Shown here piece by piece: positions 10,101 to 17,546 of a stretch of DNA of 64,000 bases (position 1 is the first letter of the stretch; each line of letters opens with the position of its first letter). This DNA comes from an uncultured Methanosarcinales archaeon (GTDB lineage: Archaea > Nanobdellota > Nanobdellia > Woesearchaeales > CAYMBN01). Location of the stretch: the NCBI GenBank assembly GCA_964388715.1, contig CAYMBN010000002.1, forward strand, positions 80,704-144,703. The letters run 5' to 3'. The notes under the pieces are model-generated. The model was not told the DNA's origin, did no database searches, and worked only from the letters and a program-made list of their open reading frames with translations. Position numbers and translations under genes: made by a program.

Positions 10101-12925
10101 AAGTTTGCATTACCTGTTAAATTATAATCTTCAGCAACACCACTATCATTATTGAATTTCATCATTAATGCCATTGAGGTTGAGTTGATTGCTAATCCTA
10201 ATCTATTGCTGCTGTTAGAGAAGTGTCCCCATTTTGTTGAGAAGGCTGTGCCTGTTATATGGCCTGAGCCCATTTGGAGATTGCCTGTCATGTTAGCTCC
10301 TGAAGTGTAAACAATGTTTGAACAGCTTCCTGAAGCTGAACAGTTAGTATTAGTATCTGTTATGTTTGTGTCAATGTCTGATCCGCAGCTTAATGTGCTT
10401 CCGTCATAGGTTAATTTGTTGTTGCCTGTGCATGTTGGAATGTTGCTTATGTTTTGGTATTGGACTGTGATTGCACCTGCATCACCATCATATACTATTG
10501 CACTACAACTTCCGCCAGCTGAACAATTGGTATCTGTTTTTGCAACTCCTGTTAAACTAGCGCCGCTTCCAACAAATGTTGTTGCGTTTATTGTTCCAAT
10601 TACTTTGAGTGTGTCAGTTGTGCTGTTGAATGTAAAGTTAGAGTCTGCGCTTAGTGTAGCGCCACCACTAAATTGTATTTCTGAGACAGAACCTGAAGGA
10701 GAGGCTGCTGCAGATTCACATGCAAGATTGCCTGCATTAATGTATAATCTGTTACCAGATGCGCAATTAGTGTCAAAGCTTATGTCAGCTTCTTCAACAG
10801 CATCATCAACAAAATAAGGAAATAATGTTACATTAATGTTTCTTACTTTTAATATGTCAGTGCTTTTGTTCCATGTGAAGTTTGCATCACTACCCATGCT
10901 TCCTCCATCATTAAATTGTACTTCTGTGTCAGAACCTGCTGGTGAGGCTGTTACACTTGTTAATTGACTTCCATTTCCATAAATTAATCCTGTTACATTA
11001 AGGTCATCAGCTACTTTAACTAATGTGGTTGAAGAACTTAATTCTAAGTCAGCTGAACTTTGGATAACACTTTTTGATTGACTATTACTATGATACATGT
11101 TTAGTTTTCCACCTGCTGGATCTGCTATATTAAAACCATTCATACTATCATTAATCAATATTGATCCACCTATTTCTAATTCATCTGTTGAAGCATTGAA
11201 TGTGAAGTTTGCGTCTGCATTCATGCTTGCACCGCCACTGAATTGTACTTGTGAGACAGAACCTGATGGGGAAGCTGATGCTGCTTCACATGCAAGATTG
11301 CCTGAACTGATATAAAGTCTGTTACCTGAAGAACATGATGTGTCAAAGCTGATATCTTTTTCTTCGATTGAATCGTTGCTTAGTTTGATTACTGTTGTTA
11401 CGTTTAGGTTGTTGACTTTTAATTCGTCAGTTGTGCTGTTGAATGTGAAATTATCATCTGAGCTGAATGAACTTGCATCGTCAGTGAATTGTATGAAACC
11501 TTCATTACCACTTGCTGATGTTGTTGTTGGTGTTGATATACAACTCCATGCACCGTTGTTGTGTTCTAAGATTTCATTACTACCACAAGCTCTTATTCTA
11601 AAGGTTGTAGTGTTTAAGATTAAACCAGAGCCATTGGTATAGGTTACATTAGTGTCAATATTATTTATACAAAATAATCCAGATGCATTGTATTTAAGTC
11701 TTTGATTGATGCTACATATTGGGAATTGTGTTTTATACTGGACATTTGAACAAGAACCATTAACTGAACAGTTGCCATCAGTACCTCCAGCATCACTTTC
11801 ACATTCCCATTCTGTGCTTGTTGTGTTGTATTTTAGGATTTCTGTGTCTGCACAATTTCTTAAACTAAATACTGTACCTGTTAAATTTAATCCTGTGCCA
11901 TTGGAGTAAGTTATGTTTGTGTCAATGTCTGATCCGCAGCTTAATGTGCTTCCGTCGTAGGTTAATTTGTTGTTGCCTGTGCATGTTGGGATGTTGCTTA
12001 TGTTTTGATATTGGACTGTGACTGCACCTGCGTCACCATCATAAACTATTGCACTACAACTTCCACCAGCTGAACAATTAGTGTCTGTTTTTGCAACACC
12101 TGTTAGTTGTGCTCCACTTCCATATAAATTGCCTGTAAAATTGATGTCACCTTGAACTTGTAATTCTTGAATATATTTTGTTGTTCCAATGCTTATGTAA
12201 CTTGCATTTGTAATGTTTGCATTGCCAAAAATAAGATTGCCTGTCATTCTTGATCCTGATTTATACATTACATTTGAACAACTTCCATCAACTGAACAGT
12301 TTCCGTCAGCACCTGAACCTGCTGCTTCACATGCAAGATTACCACCACTTATATATAATCTATTACCAGATACACATGATGTTGTAAATTGTACATCTAT
12401 TTCTTGAACAGAATCATTATCCAGGTCAAGGAATGCTCCTGATGCGTTTAGTTTGGTTGAAACAGAAAGTCCTGCTGTTGATATGTTGCCTGTTATTGTT
12501 ATGTTTGTGCTTGCATTGATGTCTTCTCCTTTTATTGTTGCATCTATAATGTCAGTTGTATCTATTGGACCTATTGTTGAATAAAATTGTTTTCTGTCTG
12601 TGCCTGAGAAATTAAGGTTTTCTGTGTTAACTTCTAAATCAAGATAGTAATATGTTCCATATCTTAAACTTAAGTCAACACTTCCACTACCAAGCATTAC
12701 ATCATAATAACCATTACTGATTGAGTTGACAAAGTCACTACTTGAATTATATAGTGGGGTTCCACCTGATGAATTTAAGTAAATCAAAACAGTAAGATTT
12801 CCAGTTGTAACTAGACTTCCACTTTGTGTTACTTTACCTTGTAATGCCATTAACTGATCAAGTGGATATGCAATAGGTAAAAATAATAAAATCATACACA
12901 TTCCAATGATTAATTTATTTTTCAT
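4151..12925 (-). CDS. Giant secreted adhesin-like surface protein (2924 aa) with signal peptide, three LamG domains, an LVIVD-repeat beta-propeller, fibre repeats and Cys-rich modules
   Basis: There are three LamG signatures (IDDLVLWNRTLSAQEI, and IDEVRIYNRTLSLTEI twice). About eight LVIVD-type repeats are present (KYAYVA...IIDVSNP). The VGIGT.TP...L.V.G fibre motif recurs. A 405-aa segment is duplicated exactly in tandem. Confidence 0.7.
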   Translation of the reverse strand: MKNKLIIGMCMILLFLPIAYPLDQLMALQGKVTQSGSLVTTGNLTVLIYLNSSGGTPLYNSSSDFVNSISNGYYDVMLGSGSVDLSLRYGTYYYLDLEVNTENLNFSGTDRKQFYSTIGPIDTTDIIDATIKGEDINASTNITITGNISTAGLSVSTKLNASGAFLDLDNDSVQEIDVQFTTSCVSGNRLYISGGNLACEAAGSGADGNCSVDGSCSNVMYKSGSRMTGNLIFGNANITNASYISIGTTKYIQELQVQGDINFTGNLYGSGAQLTGVAKTDTNCSAGGSCSAIVYDGDAGAVTVQYQNISNIPTCTGNNKLTYDGSTLSCGSDIDTNITYSNGTGLNLTGTVFSLRNCADTEILKYNTTSTEWECESDAGGTDGNCSVNGSCSNVQYKTQFPICSINQRLKYNASGLFCINNIDTNVTYTNGSGLILNTTTFRIRACGSNEILEHNNGAWSCISTPTTTSASGNEGFIQFTDDASSFSSDDNFTFNSTTDELKVNNLNVTTVIKLSNDSIEEKDISFDTSCSSGNRLYISSGNLACEAASASPSGSVSQVQFSGGASMNADANFTFNASTDELEIGGSILINDSMNGFNIADPAGGKLNMYHSNSQSKSVIQSSADLELSSSTTLVKVADDLNVTGLIYGNGSQLTSVTASPAGSDTEVQFNDGGSMGSDANFTWNKSTDILKVRNINVTLFPYFVDDAVEEADISFDTNCASGNRLYINAGNLACESAAASPSGSVSEIQFSGGATLSADSNFTFNSTTDTLKVIGTINATTFVGSGASLTGVAKTDTNCSAGGSCSAIVYDGDAGAITVQYQNISNIPTCTGNNKLTYDGSTLSCGSDIDTNITDTNTNCSASGSCSNIVYTSGANMTGNLQMGSGHITGTAFSTKWGHFSNSSNRLGLAINSTSMALMMKFNNDSGVAEDYNLTGNANFTVYDYSGSGHNGTFYDNGTTLDSVHSSTSGKFSTGGLNFDGKDDYIKFNTDIFKSATAGTITAWIKTSSTDLGGAILTYTNLGASDDYFTISVLSNGKLETNHRSSAATDRLNSVGTVTGDTWYHVAFVSDGSDYSYYINGVNQSLTAEQGSNSGRWFADLDGGGPVYTNFIGKFDRSSGHGTFFNGTIDDLVLWNRTLSAQEIYQEYIADTEHINHDENLKRIYIDENQSLTVFGDLNIGTNESAAKSNINVTGNVTAKYFIGNGSQLTNVGTTYDNGSGLILNTTTFRIRACGSNEILEHNNGAWSCISTPTTTSASGNEAYIQFADDASSFSSDANFTFNSTTDELKVSSLNVTTVIKLSNDSIEEKDISFDTSCTSGNRLYINAGNLACEAASASPSGSVSQVQFSGGASMNADANFTFNASTDELKIGGSILINDSMNGFNLADPAGGKLNMYHSNSQSKSVIQSSADLELSSSTTLVKVADDLNVTGLYYGNGSQLTGITATVTDVWVNTSGDTMTGNLTMGDNYILNSTSIKGVSTQGLLLYMPFEDADSGNQSLTKDWSGNSNDGTLNHLHESDWIDGQVGKALDFDGENDSIDLTGFTATGGLYTFSFWVKYHGGTGSGDMLFDSQTNRLALNYNQSNDLAFYDGSWQQFGSSPSNNVWHHIVYAFNATKGLAYVDGIQLGTAKTYDAPNLTGSIAIGSKNDGANHFFNGTIDEVRIYNRTLSLTEIKTLYQMGINDHQEIGGSWVSRDDVYTNNNGSVGINTTTPTNTLKVQGDINFTDLIYGNGSQLTDVIATPGGSDSQVQYNDVSSMGADANFTWDEATDTLSVGSLLVNGSMNSFKVAGGAAGNINMYYSDMFTKGVIESSSGDLELTTTSGTVQLTDDLNVTGLYYGNGSQLTGITATVTDVWVNTSGDTMTGNLTMGDNYILNSTSIKGVSTQGLLLYMPFEDADSGNQSLTKDWSGNSNDGTLNHLHESDWIDGQVGKALDFDGENDSIDLTGFTATGGLYTFSFWVKYHGGTGSGDMLFDSQTNRLALNYNQSNDLAFYDGSWQQFGSSPSNNVWHHIVYAFNATKGLAYVDGIQLGTAKTYDAPNLTGSIAIGSKNDGANHFFNGTIDEVRIYNRTLSLTEIKTLYQMGINDHQEIGGSWVSRDDVYTNNNGSVGINTTTPTNTLKVQGDINFTDLIYGNGSQLTDVIATPGGSDSQVQYNDVSSMGADANFTWDEATDTLSVGSLLVNGSMNSFKVAGGAAGNINMYYSDMFTKGVIESSSGDLELTTTSGTVQLTDDLNVTGLYYGNGSQLTGITASVTDVWVNSSGDILTGEFNLSGSLRTNASGANVISSISGQVLDGLKEVYVQGQYAYVTASTNNSFSIIDISDKKRPIIVSTYENATLLDDARGIFILGKYAYVAGYTADRFSIFDVSNPINISYISTVVVNGANEVFVQGKYAYLSTGAGNTINIYDISDPNNILFLSTLSEDNVGGVYAQGKYVYTVADDDHEFFVIDVSIPSSPVIVGSLVNSTHLPSAYDVYVSGSYAYVACLAGGVMSIVNISNPTNPNIVGTYDDVATGAQYSDITVQGDYAYLTDLSDDEFYIIDVSNKTNPTQVLRKKDANFFDSVRGLFVDGKYIYTTSLDDDMLTITELDGIRTPTLSTGSLEASSINVKENMIVGHNIYAGDSIVVGDRGIMTSGDLSVAKNVNVTNNVSATYFIGDGSQLSGITATDLYVNESGDTMSGHLDMGWNQITSVNSINWSVNNENLTIYNNFGKYILGSTTNISLDAIEGGNGQVEIWDKLQLSADLEVDSTDLFVDVSENKVGIGTATPNQELHVVGTTNITENLFIGGNITSSGADFAEMFDSDEKLQPGDVVCLTTDYKVKKCDSKANPAVAGVVSEKPTIIGNSQNGKYAVGIVGIVKTKVKGPIKSFELLTTSSKKGYAEKASINDFGAILGKAMQPCYKSECKINVLIGLR
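6213..8642 (-). repeat. Perfect tandem duplication with a 1215-bp period (405 codons) inside the 2924-aa gene
   Basis: The segment 6213-7427 appears identical base-for-base to 7428-8642 (lines 6241ff versus 7456ff). Flanking partial copies at about 6113 and about 8543 are diverged. Confidence 0.8.
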
Positions 12926-13085
12926 TTTTTGTTATTGTTTTTTGAATTAATCCAAAATCATAGAGCTTTTGCTCCATTAGTTCTCTTGCAAGCATTGATT
13001 TCTTTTTACCAATTTTTTTTGAAGTGCTTTCAAGAAGTAGATTAATCTCTTTAGATACAGTAATTCTGATCTGTACATTAGACAT
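12915..13085 (-). CDS. Small ribbon-helix-helix (CopG/Arc-like) DNA-binding protein of about 56 aa, overlapping the start of the 2924-aa gene by 11 nt
   Basis: Its translation is MSNVQIRITVSKEINLLLESTSKKIGKKKSMLARELMEQKLYDFGLIQKTITKNEK. The beta-strand followed by two helices is typical of RHH proteins. A TATA-like tttaaata sits about 25 nt upstream. It is below the ORF-track size cutoff. Confidence 0.5.
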   Translation of the reverse strand: MSNVQIRITVSKEINLLLESTSKKIGKKKSMLARELMEQKLYDFGLIQKTITKNEK

Positions 13086-13160
13086 GTTTATACTTAATAT
13101 TGTATAAATATTTAAATGTTTCGGTAAGAATTATACTTTATTTATGCTAAATAATGTATA

Positions 13161-16100
13161 TTATGTATTATTGAGATAAACATACAATAATTTCTTTTCA
13201 TTTGCTGAGATATTGAATTCTGCTGTGATAAAATCAGTAGGATCAAAAACATTATCAGAATCAAGGTCAGTGAACCAGTGTGTTAGTAATAATCCTTGGC
13301 TAGCTAAAGCTTGTTTTGCATCAACAACTTGTATTTTATTGATTGTAACTGAGTTTAATGTTACTGTTGAATCTGCATCTGTAATATTTTGTCCTGTTAT
13401 GTGTACATGAACATTATTTTGATTAGTTGATGATTCAACAACAAAAGGTATTCTGTATAATTGAGTGTTATTGAACCAGTGCCATGTCATGTTAACTGAA
13501 GTGTTTAAGTAAATTATGTTATAGGAAACATTTGTACTATTACTTAAGTTAAGTCTGCCAGATGCATATACTGTTGCACTTGCTGAGGTAGAGTTTGGAG
13601 ATATTGTTAAGTCAATGCTCATCGGAACTCCTATTGTTATTGTTCTTTGTCCTGTTGAGTTTGTGTTATTAGAAAGATCTTTGGAAAATGCTTTATAAGT
13701 ATATGTGCCATTTGTTAAATTGGTTTGATTTGAGTAGAATTCCCATTTGTCTGTGTCATATTTTTTTAAGTTTGACATATAGGATTGGTTTATTTCAGTA
13801 GGAGATAAACTCCTGTTCCAAATTCTTACTTTGTCAATAATAGCATCAACTTGTCTAGCGGAATAGCCACCTATTTGAGTTATATTGTCTAAAGGTGTAA
13901 GTCCATCTAATTGTCCAGAATCGTTATAGACTGAAACTCCATCAAGGAATGCTGTTGGATCTCCATTACTATCTAATACCATTGCAACATGATGCCAGCC
14001 TGTTCCAATTACAATATTTGTATCTATCCACCGATTAGTTTCATAGAGTAGGATTAAATCATTGCCATTATTGTCATAACTTGAAGAACCTACACCCAAC
14101 CCAAAACCAGTAGCAGCATTTCCAATCTTAATAAAAGCACCACTCTCACTTGCAGAATCAAGATTTACCCATGCTGATGCAGTGAAACTTCCTGTTCCTA
14201 TACCAAAAGTAGATGAAACAGATATTTGGTCATCTACGCCATCAAAGTCAAACCCACTGCCATATTTTCCACTTAAATTATAAACTGCACTAATTACTGT
14301 TCCATTATTTTGATAAATTGAGTTATCAATCGTTGTTTTTGGAGCATTTGAATCATTTTCAAAACGTATTATTGAACCTGAGGATTGAAGATGGGTACTA
14401 TTAGTAAATGAACCATTTCTAAATATGATTTTTCTTACTGTTCCGGAACCATCAGTTATTAATATATTATCTAAGTAAGCAGTGTAGGTTCCTGCAGAAT
14501 CAGCTTCACATACAACATCATAATTCTGGATTGTTTTTCCTACATGTCCTCCAGTAATTTCAATTTTTCTATGATACCATTGATATAGTGCATAAGCAGA
14601 TATATCAGTATTGGGGTGTACATTTAATCCATTTTGATCAAATACGCCTGAATCCCTTAATGTAGCTGCATCTGATGTGGTATAATCAAAAGCTATATCA
14701 TCGTTTGCGCTAGTCCAAAGAACATCATATTCAACATAATCTCCTGATTGGATAACATAGTTTGACACGCTAGTTAAGTCCTCATAATGGTATGAGTTTC
14801 CACTTGTAGACATTGTATAAGTGGCATTAATTGCTTCTACATCAGTAACATTATCAAAGTTCATCATCAACAACAAAGAATCATTATACATTGTGTAATT
14901 AGTACCATTCCAGTTCCATTTGAATTCATTTAAATCAGCTGCATTTGTTAGTGTGATATTTATTTGTACAGATGTGTTTAGTGTTAATGTGTTATTTAGT
15001 GGGGTAGGAAGGTTGAAACTAATTGTTGGAGGTGATGAAGCATCATTGTGTGCTTCTGCTGTTTGACTACCAAATGTAAATTGTAAATCATGTATTCCTG
15101 TTGTTATTACTTTACTTGTTTCATAACTTGTTTGATTACATGAATAATCTTCAATAAATACAGAATTGTTTGTCCAGTTGTAATCCAGAGTTGTGTTATT
15201 ACACCTAACTTCTAAAAATAACAAATCTTCTGTTTCATTTGTATTACTCCAAGTAGTTTGATTGATAGCTTTTATTGTTAAGTTAGCTGTTCCTGTTGTA
15301 TTGAACATTACTGTCCAGTTTTTACCAATTGTTGGATATGATTGTATGTTTAATACAGTTATCTCGACTTCATAGCTAGCATTAGAAAGATGTGGAACTA
15401 TCCATTGTATTTTATCAATAAGACTGTTGTTGTTTTGGTCAACATAAGTTATATTTGTAACTAGTTCTTTTGTGTTATTAACGAGATGGTATAATTTAAT
15501 ATCTTCTTGATTTGTGTCAGTTATGTTTGTGTAAGCTAGAATGTTTTCATAGTGCACATCAGAACTTATGAATATTTGTTTTTTGTATGGATTGATTTCT
15601 GTTTCAATTGCAATAGGCTCTTCTGTGTAATATTCTATATTATATTCTGCTGGTTCATCCTCAATAATTAATTCTGTTGTATTAATATCAATAATAGCGT
15701 GTCCTGTTACTGTGAACTTTCTGAAAAAGTTGATTACCCCATCAATTACAATAGACCAAAATCCTTTATTTTGAACATTTTTGATTGCACTTGCTGTTAT
15801 AACAATAGGATTTATTTGTTTTTTAGTTGGTTTGTTGAATTTTTTGAGTAATTTGTTTTGTTTTTTCAATATATTGTTTTTACTTTTTTCTTCAAACACA
15901 GAAGTTTCTTTTAATATTCCTTTATCCCTTATTTTGAAAGGTAATTGTTTTATATCAGCAGCGCCTAAACCTCTTATAATTTTTCTTGCAGATATATTAA
16001 ATGATTCTGCTGGAAGTTGTGTTGTGTTTGAATCTTCAATTGTTTTTGTCCATTTAACTGGTTTATTGATCTCTGCATAACCTTGGACAGCTTGTTCTTC

Positions 16101-17084
16101 TTCCTCTATTGCAGGAGTTACTTCTTCCTCTTGCTGTGTTTGGTTAAATATGTTTACTCCTGTTAAGTCTGTTAGTGTTTGGTATTGTAAGAAAGCGTCA
16201 AGTGTTATAAAATAATCATCTGATAAATTGTTTTTGTTGTTTGTTACATTAATTGTTACAATGTGTTCTTTATCTTCTAATCCTGTTGCTATTTCTTTAA
16301 CAACACTATAAACAATGTTTTCAGAGTATAAATCAATGTTTTGACTTACATCATCTACAATAATATTTAAAATACCATAATCATAACGTGTTGCAACAAG
16401 TAAATGAAGATTTGTTCCAGTGAATGTAAAATTAATTTGATCATTTTCAAAGTATGAAGTGATAGCTTTACTGTTACTATATCTTTCATCTTCAACTTCA
16501 ACCCAATCATTAATTATATCTTCTGTTTCTTGGAGTATGACAAGAACATTTTGTGGTTCAGAGATTTCTTCTGGTTCTGTTGTTTCATTTGTTTCTATTG
16601 TTTCATTGACTTCAATTGTTTCATTGATTGAAATTGTCTGGTTTGTTTGGTTTATTGAGGTTGTTTGATTTGTTTGGTTAATTGTGGTTTGGTTAGTCTC
16701 ATTAACTAAGATTGTTTCATTGACTAAGATTGTTTGATTTGTTTGATTAATTGTAGTTTGATTTGTCTCATTAATTGTTTGATTGATTTCAATGGTTTCA
16801 TTTAACTCTATTGTTTGATTAGTTTCATTTGTTATTGTTTGGTTTATTTCTATTGTTTCATTAATTTCAGTTGTTTCGTTGACAGTTGTTTCATTTGTTG
16901 ATTCATTATCATAAACAGCAAGTCCAACTGTGGAAGGATTATTAAATAAGATTATACCTAACATTATAACTGCTATTAATGTTACTATTAAAATCTCAAA
17001 TTCTATTTTGTGGTTGTTTTTGTTTTTAGGCATTTTGGTTTTTATTCTTTGCACGATTGTAAACTGTCCAGATTGTCCTATCAT
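13161..17084 (-). CDS. Secreted or membrane-anchored surface protein (1307 aa) with an N-terminal TM or signal, degenerate N-E-T/N-Q-T sequon repeats, a LamG domain and beta-sandwich modules
   Basis: The hydrophobic segment is IEFEILIVTLIAVIMLGIILF. The repeat region reads (NETIEINQTINETNQT)n. The LamG signature is WHHVAMVLD...AIIDKVRIWNRSLSPTEINQSY. The likelier start is Met18 (MPKNK, ATG at about 17033), which leaves a 4-nt gap to the upstream HTH gene. Confidence 0.65.
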   Translation of the reverse strand: MIGQSGQFTIVQRIKTKMPKNKNNHKIEFEILIVTLIAVIMLGIILFNNPSTVGLAVYDNESTNETTVNETTEINETIEINQTITNETNQTIELNETIEINQTINETNQTTINQTNQTILVNETILVNETNQTTINQTNQTTSINQTNQTISINETIEVNETIETNETTEPEEISEPQNVLVILQETEDIINDWVEVEDERYSNSKAITSYFENDQINFTFTGTNLHLLVATRYDYGILNIIVDDVSQNIDLYSENIVYSVVKEIATGLEDKEHIVTINVTNNKNNLSDDYFITLDAFLQYQTLTDLTGVNIFNQTQQEEEVTPAIEEEEQAVQGYAEINKPVKWTKTIEDSNTTQLPAESFNISARKIIRGLGAADIKQLPFKIRDKGILKETSVFEEKSKNNILKKQNKLLKKFNKPTKKQINPIVITASAIKNVQNKGFWSIVIDGVINFFRKFTVTGHAIIDINTTELIIEDEPAEYNIEYYTEEPIAIETEINPYKKQIFISSDVHYENILAYTNITDTNQEDIKLYHLVNNTKELVTNITYVDQNNNSLIDKIQWIVPHLSNASYEVEITVLNIQSYPTIGKNWTVMFNTTGTANLTIKAINQTTWSNTNETEDLLFLEVRCNNTTLDYNWTNNSVFIEDYSCNQTSYETSKVITTGIHDLQFTFGSQTAEAHNDASSPPTISFNLPTPLNNTLTLNTSVQINITLTNAADLNEFKWNWNGTNYTMYNDSLLLMMNFDNVTDVEAINATYTMSTSGNSYHYEDLTSVSNYVIQSGDYVEYDVLWTSANDDIAFDYTTSDAATLRDSGVFDQNGLNVHPNTDISAYALYQWYHRKIEITGGHVGKTIQNYDVVCEADSAGTYTAYLDNILITDGSGTVRKIIFRNGSFTNSTHLQSSGSIIRFENDSNAPKTTIDNSIYQNNGTVISAVYNLSGKYGSGFDFDGVDDQISVSSTFGIGTGSFTASAWVNLDSASESGAFIKIGNAATGFGLGVGSSSYDNNGNDLILLYETNRWIDTNIVIGTGWHHVAMVLDSNGDPTAFLDGVSVYNDSGQLDGLTPLDNITQIGGYSARQVDAIIDKVRIWNRSLSPTEINQSYMSNLKKYDTDKWEFYSNQTNLTNGTYTYKAFSKDLSNNTNSTGQRTITIGVPMSIDLTISPNSTSASATVYASGRLNLSNSTNVSYNIIYLNTSVNMTWHWFNNTQLYRIPFVVESSTNQNNVHVHITGQNITDADSTVTLNSVTINKIQVVDAKQALASQGLLLTHWFTDLDSDNVFDPTDFITAEFNISANEKKLLYVYLNNT

Positions 17085-17454
17085 TTCGATTAACTAAGAC
17101 AGCAATTTCATGATAAGTTAGTTTGAGTTGTTCTTTTAAGAAACGTACAACAACTTCAAAAACAGATAATCTTCTGTCAATAAAGACCTGTAAAGGGATT
17201 TTAATATTTGACTGCTTTATGGGGGATTTAGAACTCTTTTTCCTTTTTTTTAAGGTTCTATTGTATGCAGTCCATATAGTTCTTTGATCCCTGTTGATCA
17301 AGAAAGCTATCTCATGATAAGATAACTTTTTTGTTTCTTTTAAATATTCTACAAGAATTTCTAGGACAGCAAGTTTTCTGTCACAAAATAAAGAAACAGG
17401 GACAAGAATATTAGAATTAATACTGTATGTATTAAAATCCCCTTTTTTGACCAT
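17026..17454 (-). CDS. Tandem-duplicated sigma70-region-4-like HTH DNA-binding protein (142 aa)
   Basis: It has two copies of the motif (I/L)P(L/V)..F.DR.LS..E..V.(F/Y)LKE..KL(S/T)YHEIA.L.NR.DRTIWT.YNRA.K. This aligns to sigma-70 region 4 (LSxRErxVlxLRf...TlEEiA...vtRERIRQIExKA). It is tightly coupled to the downstream 1307-aa gene. Confidence 0.5.
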   Translation of the reverse strand: MVKKGDFNTYSINSNILVPVSLFCDRKLAVLEILVEYLKETKKLSYHEIAFLINRDQRTIWTAYNRTLKKRKKSSKSPIKQSNIKIPLQVFIDRRLSVFEVVVRFLKEQLKLTYHEIAVLVNRNDRTIWTVYNRAKNKNQNA

Positions 17455-17546
17455 TAGTTAATACTTACGATGTAGGTATATATAAATCTTTTGTTTTTAG
17501 ACTACAAAGGATTATGTTTACTTACAATGTAAGAATTATTTAATAA

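Noticed and set aside
8730-12407. Plus-strand ORFs inside the 2924-aa gene (8730..9275, 10416..10817, 11097..11642, 11706..11909, 12213..12407)
   Set aside because: These are antisense frames that stay open because of biased codon usage. Their similarity to each other simply reflects the sense-strand repeats.
6000-12500. Possible CRISPR array suggested by the many direct repeats
   Set aside because: The repeats are hundreds to more than 1000 bp long, in-frame coding modules. There are no short spacers of about 30 bp and no cas genes.
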